DNA of 24,000 nucleotides. Origin: Catenulisporales bacterium (GTDB lineage Bacteria > Actinomycetota > Actinomycetes > Streptomycetales > Catenulisporaceae). The stretch lies in the NCBI GenBank assembly GCA_019510485.1, contig JAEKKI010000142.1, forward strand, positions 19,839 through 43,838. Reading direction: 5' to 3'. Each line of letters begins with the position of its first letter. Position 1 is the first letter of the stretch. Of this stretch, positions 15,357 to 24,000 are shown piece after piece. Position numbers and translations under genes: made by a program. The notes under the pieces were generated by a model. It did no database searches. It was not told the DNA's origin and worked only from the letters and a program-made list of their open reading frames with translations.

Positions 15357-17017
15357 TGTCGGACACCTGGGCCGGTGCGCTGCAAGTCGCGGCTCTGATA
15401 TTCCTGCTGGCCGTTTCCTATCGGCCGCTGGGCGATTACCTGGCACACATCCTCACCACGAGGAAGCACCTTCGTGCCGAGAAGGCCCTCTACAAAACGA
15501 TCGGCGTGGATCCCGAGGCGGATCAGACGTGGGGCGTGTACCTGCGTTCGGTGTTCGCGATCTCGGCTGTCGGCGTCCTGCTGCTGTACCTGATCCTGCG
15601 CGTCCAGCACCACCTGATGATGGCGCTCGGGATGCCGAAGATGCAGGCGGATCTGGCCTACAACACCGCTGCCTCGTTCGTCACCAACACCAACTGGCAG
15701 AACTACTACGGCGAGAACACCCTGGGCTACCTGGCCCAGATGATCGGCCTGACGGTCCAGAACTTCGTGTCGGCAGCGGTCGGCATCGCGGTGGTCGCCA
15801 CTTTGATCCGCGGCTTCACCCGGAACCGGACCGACCGGCTGGGCAACTTCTGGGTCGACCTCACCCGCGTCCTGATCCGGCTGATGCTGCCGTTCTCCAT
15901 CGTGTTCGCGCTGGTCCTGATCGCCGGCGGCGTCACCCAATCCCTGGGCGACCATATGACCGTCGTGCACACGGTCAACGGCGATCAGAGCCTTTACACC
16001 GCCGGGACCGGTTCCCAGGAGGCCATCAAACTCCTGGGAACCAACGGCGGCGGCGTCTTCGATGCCAACAGCGCGCATCCCTTCGAGAACCCCGACGGCT
16101 TCACGAACCTGATCGAGATCTACCTGCTGCTGGTCATCGGCTTCGCGCTGCCGCGCACGTTCGGCAGGATGGTCGGCTCGCACAAGCAGGGCTACACGAT
16201 CGTCGCGGTGATGGCGGTGATCTGGCTGGGCTCGCTGGCGTTCTCGACCTTCTTCGAGATGCACCACCACGGCCTCGACCTGGCCACGGGGCACGCCGCG
16301 CTGGAGGGCAAGGAGACCCGGTTCGGGATCCCGGCCTCGGCCCTGTTCATGACCGGCACGACGCTGACGTCGACCGGCGCCGTGAACTCGACGCACGACT
16401 CCTACTCGCCGCTCGGCGGCGGGGCCGCGATGGTCGACATCATGCTCGGCGAGATCGCGCCCGGCGGTACCGGATCAGGGCTCTACGGCATGCTCGTCCT
16501 GGCCATCGTCACGGTGTTCATCGCCGGTCTGATGGTCGGCCGGACACCGGAGTATCTGGGCAAGAAGATCCGCCCGGCGGAGATGAAGTACGCCGCGCTC
16601 TACATCCTCACCACGCCCGCCATCGTCCTGATCTTCGCCGGCATCGCGATGGCGCTGCCCGGCGAGACCGCTCGGATGACCAACTCCGGGCCGCACGGTT
16701 TCTCCGAGGTCTTATACGCCTTCACCTCCATGGGCAACAACAACGGATCGGCGTTCGCGGGCCTCGGCGGCGACACCACCTGGTTCAACACCGCCGGCGC
16801 CCTGGCCATGCTGTTCGGGCGCTTCCTGCCGATGGTCTGGGTGCTGGCCCTGGCCGGCTCGCTGGCCCGGCAGCGGCCGGTGCCGGAGTCCTCCGGCACG
16901 CTCAAGACGGCCTCGCCGCTGTTCGCCGGGATGCTGCTCGGCACCGTGCTGCTGGTCGTCGGCCTCACCTACTTCCCGGCCCTGTCGCTGGGCCCGCTCG
17001 CTGAAGGACTCCACTGA
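15356..17017 (+). CDS. kdpA: K+-transporting ATPase subunit A
   Basis: The product is a 553-aa polytopic membrane protein. It begins [30 protein letters not shown] and contains the conserved [19 protein letters not shown] and NNGSAF selectivity-filter-like segments of KdpA. Confidence 0.97.
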   Translation: MSDTWAGALQVAALIFLLAVSYRPLGDYLAHILTTRKHLRAEKALYKTIGVDPEADQTWGVYLRSVFAISAVGVLLLYLILRVQHHLMMALGMPKMQADLAYNTAASFVTNTNWQNYYGENTLGYLAQMIGLTVQNFVSAAVGIAVVATLIRGFTRNRTDRLGNFWVDLTRVLIRLMLPFSIVFALVLIAGGVTQSLGDHMTVVHTVNGDQSLYTAGTGSQEAIKLLGTNGGGVFDANSAHPFENPDGFTNLIEIYLLLVIGFALPRTFGRMVGSHKQGYTIVAVMAVIWLGSLAFSTFFEMHHHGLDLATGHAALEGKETRFGIPASALFMTGTTLTSTGAVNSTHDSYSPLGGGAAMVDIMLGEIAPGGTGSGLYGMLVLAIVTVFIAGLMVGRTPEYLGKKIRPAEMKYAALYILTTPAIVLIFAGIAMALPGETARMTNSGPHGFSEVLYAFTSMGNNNGSAFAGLGGDTTWFNTAGALAMLFGRFLPMVWVLALAGSLARQRPVPESSGTLKTASPLFAGMLLGTVLLVVGLTYFPALSLGPLAEGLH

Positions 17018-19043
17018 TGTCTGTCCCTGCCTCTGAGACCTCACATCGCATCGGTGGCGGCTTCTTGGACCCGCGGATGTTGGGCAAGTCGCTGCCGGAG
17101 GCCATGCGCAAACTCGACCCCCGGGCCATGGTCAAGAACCCGGTCATGTTCGTGGTCGAGATCGGCTCGGCCTTGACCACTTGGCAGGCGATCGCGCACC
17201 CGTCGGTGTTCGCGTGGGTGATCACCGTGTGGCTGTGGCTGACGGTCGTCTTCGCCAACCTCGCCGAGGCGGTGGCCGAGGGTCGCGGCAAGGCGCAGGC
17301 CGCGACGTTGCGCAAGGCCAAGACCACCACGGCCGCCCGCAAACTGGCCTCCTGGTCCCCGGGGAACGCGGGCCCTGAGACCGAAGTCCCCGGAACCGAT
17401 CTCCAGCCCGGCGACTTCGTCGTGATCGAGGCCGGGCAGGTCATCCCCGGTGACGGTGACGTCGTCGAGGGCGTGGCCAGCGTCGACGAGTCGGCGATCA
17501 CCGGCGAGTCGGCCCCGGTGATCCGGGAGTCCGGCGGCGATCGCTCGGCGGTCACCGGCGGCACCAGAGCGCTGTCCGACCGGATCGTCGTGAGGATCAC
17601 CGCCAAGCCCGGCGAGACGTTCATCGACCGGATGATCGGTCTGGTCGAGGGCGCCAACCGGCAGAAGACGCCGAACGAGCTGGCGCTGAGCGTACTGCTG
17701 GCCTCGCTGACCATCGTGTTCCTGCTGGCGGTCGTGACGCTGCAGCCGATGGCCACCTGGGCCGGGGCCGCGCAGTCGCTGGTCGTGATGATCGCGCTGC
17801 TGGTGGCGCTGATCCCGACGACGATCGGGGCCCTGCTCAGCGCCATCGGCATCGCCGGGATGGACCGCCTGGTGCAGCGCAACGTGCTGGCGATGTCCGG
17901 CCGCGCGGTCGAGGCCGCCGGCGATATCAACACGCTGCTGCTGGACAAGACCGGGACCATCACGCTGGGCAACCGTCAGGCTTCTGAATTCCTCCCGGTG
18001 CGGGGTGTCGACGCCTCGGCTCTGGCCGATGCCGCACAGCTGTCTTCGCTGGCCGACGAGACGCCGGAGGGCCGCTCGATCGTGGTGCTGGCGAAGTCGG
18101 CGTACGGCTTGCGGGAGCGGCACTCCGGCGAATTGGGCGGTGCGGAGTTCGTGCCGTTCACCGCGCAGACGCGGATGTCCGGCGTGAACCTGGCCGACGG
18201 CCACCAGGTCCGCAAGGGCGCCGGATCGGCGGTCAGGAAATGGGTGCGCGACAGTGGCGGGCACCCCACCGACGAGGTCGGCTCCCTGGTCGACGCCATC
18301 TCCGCGGCCGGCGGCACCCCGCTGGTCGTCGCCGAGCACGTCCCCGGCCGGCCCGCGCGCACGCTCGGCGTCATCCACCTGAAGGACGTCGTCAAGGACG
18401 GCATCCGGGAGCGCTTCGCCGAGCTGCGGGCGATGGGCATCAGGACCGTCATGATCACCGGCGACAACCCGCTGACCGCCGCGGCCATCGCCGCCGAGGC
18501 CGGGGTCGACGACTTCCTGGCCGAGGCCACGCCGGAGGACAAGATGGCGAGGATCTTGGCCGAGCAGGAGGGCGGCAAGCTGGTCGCGATGACCGGCGAC
18601 GGCACCAACGACGCCCCGGCCCTGGCCCAGGCCGACGTCGGCGTGGCCATGAACACCGGCACCTCGGCCGCCAAGGAGGCCGGGAACATGGTGGACTGAT
18701 CACCCGCGGGGCGCTGACCACGTTCTCCATCGCCAACGACGTAGCGAAGTACTTCGCGATCATCCCGGCGATGTTCACGGTGGTCTATCCGGGCCTGCAC
18801 GTGCTGAACGTCATGGGGCTGCACTCGCCGAAGTCGGCGATCACCAGCGCCGTCATCTTCAATGCCTTGATCATCATCGGCCTGATCCCGCTGGCGCTGC
18901 GCGGTGTCCGCTACAAGCCCTCGTCCGCCTCGGCGCTGCTGCGCCGCAACCTGTTGGTTTACGGCCTCGGCGGACTGGCGCTGCCGTTCGTCGGCATCAA
19001 GCTGATCGACCTGATCGTCCAGTTCCTCCCCGGGCTGAAGTAG
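17017..19043 (+). pseudogene. kdpB: kdpB (P-type ATPase catalytic subunit) disrupted by an internal deletion plus frameshift
   Basis: - Frame 1 (17017-18699) encodes 560 aa with [33 protein letters not shown] and ...[10 protein letters not shown], then TGA at 18697.
- The conserved continuation [27 protein letters not shown]...GIKLIDLIV runs in frame 3 from 18696 to the stop at 19041-19043.
- Relative to E. coli and M. tuberculosis KdpB, as I recall them (NMVD-LDSNPTKLIE.V.IGKQL-L(M/I)TRG), about 18 residues are missing at the junction. Confidence 0.85.
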
Positions 19044-19057
19044 GAAGCGACACCGTC

Positions 19058-19699
19058 ATGAAGAATGCAGGAGCAGCACTGCGGCGACACATCGCCGCCA
19101 TCCGGGCGATGCTGGTGTTCACGGTGGTCCTCGGGATCGCCTACCCGCTGCTGATCACCGGTATTGCGCAGCTGGCTCTCAAGGACAAGGCCAACGGTTC
19201 GCTGGTCAAGGACGCCTCGGGCCGCGTCGTCGGCTCGTCGCTGTTATGCCAGCAGTACGTGGACCGCGATGGGAACGCGCTCCCGCAGTACTTTCAGGCA
19301 CGTCCCTCGAACGCCTCGGATTCCTCGAACCCGAAGGATCCCGGCTGCGACTACGCCTGGTCCGGCGGCAGCAACCGGGGCACCACCGACCCGACGCTGA
19401 AGGAGACCATCAGAGCACGCATCGACGCCTACGCCAGGGCTTACAACGTGGACCCGGCCAAGGTGCCCGAGGACGCGGTCACGGCCTCCGGCTCCGGCGA
19501 GGACCCCGGCATCTCGGTCGCCAACGCCGACCTCCAGGCGCCGTCGGTGGCCAGGGCGCGCGGCCTGAATGTGACAACCGTCCAGCAGCTGATCAAAGAG
19601 AACACCCACGGCCGCGCCCTGGGATTCCTCGGCGAGCAGTACGTGGACGTGGTAACCCTCGACCTCGACCTCGACAAGCGCGCGGGGGCGAGCCCGTGA
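19058..19699 (+). CDS. kdpC: K+-transporting ATPase subunit C
   Basis: An N-terminal TM anchor (AMLVFTVVLGIAYPLLITGIAQL) is followed by GSLV...GSSL..Q, FQ.RPS and VTASGSG.DP.IS.A.A..Q, the KdpC signature segments. AGGAAG lies 10 nt upstream of the ATG. Confidence 0.95.
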   Translation: MKNAGAALRRHIAAIRAMLVFTVVLGIAYPLLITGIAQLALKDKANGSLVKDASGRVVGSSLLCQQYVDRDGNALPQYFQARPSNASDSSNPKDPGCDYAWSGGSNRGTTDPTLKETIRARIDAYARAYNVDPAKVPEDAVTASGSGEDPGISVANADLQAPSVARARGLNVTTVQQLIKENTHGRALGFLGEQYVDVVTLDLDLDKRAGASP

Positions 19700-19902
19700 C
19701 CTGCATCCGGGTCGTCGACATGAACCGCGAGCGCGTTTTCCAGTGCCTTCGCTGTCGGGGTCTTAAGCGTTTCCATAACGACTGTTCTCTGCCAAGGTAG
19801 GGCCCTGACCAGCGGCGGGCGTTGGTCTTCGGTGGGGGAACGCGGGCCTGCGGCGTCGATGGCGTCGAGCTGAGGCGCGTGCACGGCCCTGGGAGGGGAA
19901 TC

Positions 19903-20466
19903 ATGCTTCGGCAGCGATGGGCGTCGGCTTTGGCCTGCGCGGTTACGGTTCTGGTGGCGGCCGCGTGTCAGTCGGCCACCTCGGGTTTGGCGGCACGGCA
20001 GGCGGCCGCTGCCGGGAGCACTATTTCGAGCTCCGCGGCGGTGACGTCGACCAGCTCAGCAGCAGCTCTCGCCGACACTTCGACTTCATCCTCGGCGCCG
20101 GTCCCGGCCGCGCCGACCTCGACTTCGCACTCTGCGACGCCGGCTCCGTCCCAGGCCGCGCCGCACGGCACGACCGCCGCCGCTCCGTCCACGAGCGCCA
20201 GGACGACTGGCGCGCCGCCTTCGACCTCGCACTCCACCCAACCCTCGACCTCGCACTCCGCGGCGCCGAGCACCTCGAAGCCGGCGGCGGTCAGCGGCGG
20301 CTGCATCCACCATGCGACCATCGACGATGGAACGGCCCGCTGCGGTGCGGGAGAGCCGCACCCGGACGGCGCCATGGCCCAGTGCCACGACGGCACCTTC
20401 AGCGACAGCACGTCGCCGTCAGGCACGTGCTCGCACCACAAGGGCGTCGCGGTTTGGTACTACTGA
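19903..20466 (+). CDS. DUF3761-domain secreted/lipoprotein with a Ser/Thr/Ala/Pro-rich linker
   Basis: - GGGAGGGG SD, then ATG 19903.
- MLRQRWASALACAVTVLVAAAC is a signal peptide with a lipobox-like Cys.
- The low-complexity linker carries repeated (P)STSHS units.
- The C-terminal C.HH...DG..RCG......AQCHDGTFSDSTSPSGTCSHHKGVAVWY matches the DUF3761 pattern (C.DG..S.S....GTCS.H.GV..W). Confidence 0.75.
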   Translation: MLRQRWASALACAVTVLVAAACQSATSGLAARQAAAAGSTISSSAAVTSTSSAAALADTSTSSSAPVPAAPTSTSHSATPAPSQAAPHGTTAAAPSTSARTTGAPPSTSHSTQPSTSHSAAPSTSKPAAVSGGCIHHATIDDGTARCGAGEPHPDGAMAQCHDGTFSDSTSPSGTCSHHKGVAVWYY

Positions 20467-20477
20467 ACTGCTGCTGA

Positions 20478-20524
20478 GCTCTGCGGCGAGCGACCTGCCG
20501 AACGTCTTCCGCTCGTCGCAGAGC
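20478..20524. terminator. long hairpin between the convergent DUF3761 and hemQ genes (bidirectional terminator candidate)
   Basis: GCTCTGCGGCGAGCG (20478-20492) pairs with CGCTCGTCGCAGAGC (20510-20524). This is 15 bp with one G-T position and a 17-nt loop. There is no clear U tract, which is common in GC-rich actinobacteria. Confidence 0.5.
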
Positions 20525-20534
20525 CCTGCGCCGT

Positions 20535-21290
20535 CTACGGCAGCGAGTCGACGACCTCCGCGATCGACCGCCGCCGCCCGGTATAGAACGGCACCTCCTC
20601 GCGCACGTGCCGCCGGGTCTCCGAGCCGCGCAGGTGCCGCATCAGGTCGACGATCCGATCCAGGTCATCGGCCTCGAAGGCGAGGATCCACTCGTAGTCG
20701 CCGAGCGCGAACGCCGGCACCGTGTTGGCCCGCACGTCCGGGTACTCCCGCGACATCATGCCGTGCTCGGCCAGCAGCCGGCGGCGCTCGGCGTCGGGCA
20801 GCAGGTACCACTCGTAGCTGCGGATGAACGGATACACCGCGACGTAGGCGCGTGAGTGTTCGTCGGCGATGAACGCCGGGATATGGCTCTTGTTGAACTC
20901 CGCCGGGCGGTGCAGCGCCATCTGCGACCACACCGGCTCGGTCAGGCGGCCGAACGCGGTGCGGCGGAAGCGCTGGTAGGCGTCCTGCAGCTGGTCGGAA
21001 TTCTCGGCGTGCAGCCAGAGCATGACGTCGGCGTCGTGCCGGAAGCCGGCCACGTCGTACACGCCGCGCACCACGACGTCGTCCTTGGCCAGGGTCTCGA
21101 ACAGCGCCTCGACCTCGGCGGCCAGCTCCGCGCGCGCGTCCTCGGCGGCCGGCAGCTCGGCCCGCACCTTGAACACCGACCACATCGCGTAGCGGGTGAC
21201 CTCGTTCAGCTCCACGGCCCGCTTGCCGATGCGGACGTTGCTCACCACGCCGGCGGGGCGCTCGGGACGCTCGTTCGTGTTGTCGCTCAT
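20535..21290 (-). CDS. hemQ: coproheme decarboxylase / chlorite-dismutase-family heme synthase HemQ (ChdC)
   Basis: The product begins [10 protein letters not shown] and contains ...[15 protein letters not shown]..., ...[17 protein letters not shown]... and ...[15 protein letters not shown]..., which are typical actinobacterial HemQ blocks. ATG 21290 lies 4 nt after the hemY stop; ATG 21308 is an alternative. Confidence 0.92.
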   Translation of the reverse strand: MSDNTNERPERPAGVVSNVRIGKRAVELNEVTRYAMWSVFKVRAELPAAEDARAELAAEVEALFETLAKDDVVVRGVYDVAGFRHDADVMLWLHAENSDQLQDAYQRFRRTAFGRLTEPVWSQMALHRPAEFNKSHIPAFIADEHSRAYVAVYPFIRSYEWYLLPDAERRRLLAEHGMMSREYPDVRANTVPAFALGDYEWILAFEADDLDRIVDLMRHLRGSETRRHVREEVPFYTGRRRSIAEVVDSLP

Positions 21291-21294
21291 GTCC

Positions 21295-22803
21295 TTATTC
21301 TTCCTCATGGGTGATCTCTCGGGCCGCACGCGAAGCGGAGGCCACACACGCCGCGATCCCGACGCCGTCATACGCCGCCCCGCACACGGCCAAACCCGGC
21401 TGCGAGGCGACGGCCGCGAGGATGCGCCCTACCCGCGCCACGTGTCCGACCGCGTACTGCGGAAGCCCACCGCCCCAGCGCTGCACGTGCCAGTCGACCG
21501 GTTCGCCGAGCGCGTTCGGCCCCAAGGCTTTGCGCAGGTCGGCCAGCGCGAGCGCGGACAGCTCGGCGTCCTCGCGCCGCAAGTCCGCGCTCTCGCGATG
21601 CCGTCCGACCGACGCGCGGATCACGGTCTTGCCGGACTCGGCCAGCCAGGACCATTTGACGCTGGAGAACGTCGAAGCCTTGATGAACCGGCGGTCGGCC
21701 GGCGGCACCAGGAACCCGGAGCCCGCGGGCAGGGCGGTGGCGTCGTCGAACACGAACGTCGCCAGCGCGACCGAGGCGTATTCGATGTCTGCGAGCTCCG
21801 CGGCCGCCGCCGGAGCGACGTCCCGGAGCAGGCGGGCCGCCGGAGCGCCGGGCACGGCGACGACGACCGCGTCGAACTCGTGCGCCTCGGCGGCCGGCAC
21901 CGGTCCGCAGACCAGCCGCCAGCCGTCCGGTGTGCGACTCAGCTCCCTGACCATCGTCGAGGCCAGCACCGTGACCCCGGCCTTCTCGCAGGCCTGCGCC
22001 AGCACCGCCGGGAACCGCCCGACGCCGCCCCGGATGCCGGCGAACACCGGCTTCGGATTCGCCGCGGCGGCCTGCGCGGCCAGGATCTTGGACACCGCCT
22101 CGTCCACCGGCTCGCCGGACTCATAGGCCGGGACCAGCGCCGGGATCGCGGCCCGCAGCGAGATCTCGTCGGCGCTCCCGGCGTAGACGCCGCCGAGCAG
22201 CGGCTCGACCAGCCGGTCCACGACTTCGGGTCCGAACCGGTCGGCGACGTACCGGCCCACCGCGACGTCGTCGGTCTCCGCCTCGGCCCGCAGCCGCGCG
22301 CGCGAGGGCAGCGCCGGACCGGATTCGGCCCGCTTCAGCCCGGCCCGCGACAGCAATCCGGCCAGCACTCGCGGATCGCCCGGAATCCCCATCAGGTGGC
22401 CCTTGGGCATCGGCACCAGCTCGCCACGGCTCCATACCGACGCCGAGGCCGTCGCCGGGTGCACGACGTCCTCGGCCAGGCCCACGGCGCGCACCAGATC
22501 GACGGCCTCGGGCCGCCGGTTCAGGATCGACTCGGCGCCCAGGTCCACCCCGACCCCGCCGACCTCGCCCACCGCCAGCTTGCCGCCGAGCCGCGGGGAA
22601 CCTTCGAACACCGTCACGGCCGCCTCGGGCGCCGACTGCTTGACGAACCACGCCGCCGCCAGCCCCGAGATGCCGCCGCCGATCACCGCGATGGTGCGGG
22701 GGCGACCGCTCGGCGTGTCCGGGGTCGAACCCTGAGACGCCGTCTCGGCCGAGCCGGCCGAGCGAACCGCGGTCGCCGAACCCGCCGAGCCCGCCGCACT
22801 CAT
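21295..22803 (-). CDS. hemY: protoporphyrinogen/coproporphyrinogen III oxidase HemY (CgoX), FAD-dependent
   Basis: It has the dinucleotide-binding motif [14 protein letters not shown] and HemY-family blocks (GGKL..., FSSVKW..., [13 protein letters not shown]). ATG 22803 is preceded by AGGGGG at 5 nt; GTG 22827 is an alternative start. Confidence 0.9.
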   Translation of the reverse strand: MSAAGSAGSATAVRSAGSAETASQGSTPDTPSGRPRTIAVIGGGISGLAAAWFVKQSAPEAAVTVFEGSPRLGGKLAVGEVGGVGVDLGAESILNRRPEAVDLVRAVGLAEDVVHPATASASVWSRGELVPMPKGHLMGIPGDPRVLAGLLSRAGLKRAESGPALPSRARLRAEAETDDVAVGRYVADRFGPEVVDRLVEPLLGGVYAGSADEISLRAAIPALVPAYESGEPVDEAVSKILAAQAAAANPKPVFAGIRGGVGRFPAVLAQACEKAGVTVLASTMVRELSRTPDGWRLVCGPVPAAEAHEFDAVVVAVPGAPAARLLRDVAPAAAAELADIEYASVALATFVFDDATALPAGSGFLVPPADRRFIKASTFSSVKWSWLAESGKTVIRASVGRHRESADLRREDAELSALALADLRKALGPNALGEPVDWHVQRWGGGLPQYAVGHVARVGRILAAVASQPGLAVCGAAYDGVGIAACVASASRAAREITHEEE

Positions 22804-22846
22804 CGCAGCCCCCTGTGTCGTGCCCACCGCCGCCTGTCTTTCCGCC

Positions 22847-23989
22847 TCAGCGCGCCGACGCCTCGTGCACCAGCTCGACCACCCGCGCCAGCGTGTCCGG
22901 ATCCATCTCCGGCATCACCCCGTGCCCCAGGTTGAAGATGTGGCCCGGCGCCTGCGCACCCTCGCGCAGCACCTCCCGCACCCTGGTCTCGATCGCCGGC
23001 CACGGCGCGAAAATCACCGCCGGGTCCAGGTTGCCCTGCACCGCGTAGCCGGGGCCGATCCGCCGCGACGCCTCGTCCAGCGGCACCCGCCAGTCCACGC
23101 CGACCACGTCCGCGCCCGCCGCCGCCATCAGCGGCAGCAGCTCGCCGGTGCCGACGCCGAAGTGGATGCGCGGCACGCCGAGGTCGGCCACCGCCGCGAG
23201 CACCTTGGCGCTGTGCGGCATCACATAGCGCTGATAATCGCGCGGCGACAGCGCCCCGACCCAGGAGTCGAACAGCTGCACGATACTGGCGCCGGCCTCG
23301 ATCTGCACCCGCAGGAACCCGGCGGTCAGGTCGGCCAGCCGGTCCAGCAGCGCGGCGAACAGCTCCGGCGCGCCGAGCATCATCGCCTTGGTCTTCTCAA
23401 GGTTCTTCGACGGCCCGCCCTCGATGAGGTAGCTGGCGACCGTGAACGGCGCCCCGCCGAAGCCGATCAGCGGCTTCGGGCCCAGCTCGCCGACCAGCTG
23501 CCGGACCGCCTCGGTGACGAACCACAGGTCCGCGTCCGGGTCCAGCGGCCGGATCTGCTCCAGCCCGGCGAAGTCGCGCACCGGGTTGGCGATCACCGGG
23601 CCGACGTCCGGCTTGATCTCCAGGTCCACGCCGATCGCCTTCAGCGGCAGCACGATGTCGCTGAAGAAGACCGCGGCGTCCACGCCGTAGCGGCGCACCG
23701 GCTGCAACGTGATCTCGGTCACCAGGTCCGGGCGCATGCACGATTCGAGCATCGGGATCCCGGCGCGCACCTTGCGGTACTCCGGCAGCGCGCGACCGGC
23801 CTGCCGCATGAACCACACCGGTGTGCGGGAGACCGGCTCCCGGCGCGCAGCGCGCAGCAAATCGCTGTCGTAAGCGGCGGATCGCCCTTCGACCGGCGGC
23901 CTCTCCTCGCGAGGTCCAGGCACTTGCTGCTCGACCTTCTCAATAGCCGACAGGTTCGGCGCCGCCGCGCGATTCGGGCTCTCGGTCAC
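22847..23989 (-). CDS. hemE: uroporphyrinogen decarboxylase
   Basis: The HemE/UroD signature is ...[24 protein letters not shown]...FFSDIVLPL...FGGAPFT...IFNLGHGV.... The tracked start is GTG 23989, but the frame stays open to the window edge, so the true start is uncertain. Confidence 0.93.
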   Translation of the reverse strand: MTESPNRAAAPNLSAIEKVEQQVPGPREERPPVEGRSAAYDSDLLRAARREPVSRTPVWFMRQAGRALPEYRKVRAGIPMLESCMRPDLVTEITLQPVRRYGVDAAVFFSDIVLPLKAIGVDLEIKPDVGPVIANPVRDFAGLEQIRPLDPDADLWFVTEAVRQLVGELGPKPLIGFGGAPFTVASYLIEGGPSKNLEKTKAMMLGAPELFAALLDRLADLTAGFLRVQIEAGASIVQLFDSWVGALSPRDYQRYVMPHSAKVLAAVADLGVPRIHFGVGTGELLPLMAAAGADVVGVDWRVPLDEASRRIGPGYAVQGNLDPAVIFAPWPAIETRVREVLREGAQAPGHIFNLGHGVMPEMDPDTLARVVELVHEASAR

Positions 23990-24000
23990 ACTCTCGCGCA

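Noticed and set aside
18690-18700. Possible programmed -1 ribosomal frameshift joining the two kdpB frames.
   Set aside because: There is no slippery heptamer at GGACTGA. About 18 universally conserved KdpB residues are absent at the junction, which a frameshift would not restore. A deletion or an assembly error is the simpler explanation.
19441-19884. A 147-aa - strand ORF starting in the kdpC/DUF3761 gap and running antisense into kdpC.
   Set aside because: Most of it is antisense to the well-supported kdpC frame. It has no motifs, no SD and an Arg/Ser/Pro-rich tail.
1-24000. A scan for CRISPR-like spaced repeats, IS/transposon terminal inverted repeats, integrase/att sites, tRNA/rRNA genes and toxin-antitoxin or defence-gene pairs.
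   Set aside because: I could see nothing of the kind. The repeats found are short operator- or hairpin-scale elements or codon-level low complexity (the poly-Pro and STSHS runs). All sizeable ORFs are accounted for by housekeeping families.

Overview
This is a very GC-rich, gene-dense chromosomal segment with actinobacterial hallmarks: GC3-saturated codons, GTG/TTG starts, 1-4 nt start/stop overlaps, an LPXTG anchor and coproporphyrin-type heme genes. Gene order, left to right:
- 3' end of an MprF-like lysyl-PG synthase gene (+)
- modB and modA (-), with no modC
- leuS (+)
- an MFS transporter (-) divergent from a LysR regulator (+)
- a DegV-family gene (-)
- an LPXTG-anchored proline-rich surface protein (-)
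- kdpE-kdpD (-)
- an Amidohydro_3-type hydrolase (-) wedged between kdpDE and the divergent pump operon
- small ORF-kdpF-kdpA-kdpB-kdpC (+), with kdpB broken by an internal deletion and frameshift
- a DUF3761 lipoprotein (+)
- hemQ(chdC)-hemY(cgoX)-hemE (-)
I see no rRNA, tRNA, CRISPR array, transposase, integrase, phage gene or recognisable defence gene. The window is mostly ordinary housekeeping DNA, and I did not find a convincing novel multi-gene system. The leads worth following are small-scale and regulatory:
1. A Leu-Leu-Leu mini-ORF followed by mutually exclusive hairpins and a U-tract terminator in the leuS leader, a candidate ribosome-mediated attenuator.
2. An untracked 29-codon hydrophobic ORF with a perfect SD that overlaps the kdpF start.
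3. The kdpB lesion.
4. A 22-nt, 11-bp-phased direct-repeat motif present once in front of each kdp transcription unit.
5. A structured ~230-nt modA-modB spacer.
All functional interpretation comes from reading the sequence. No database search, folding calculation or statistics were run.
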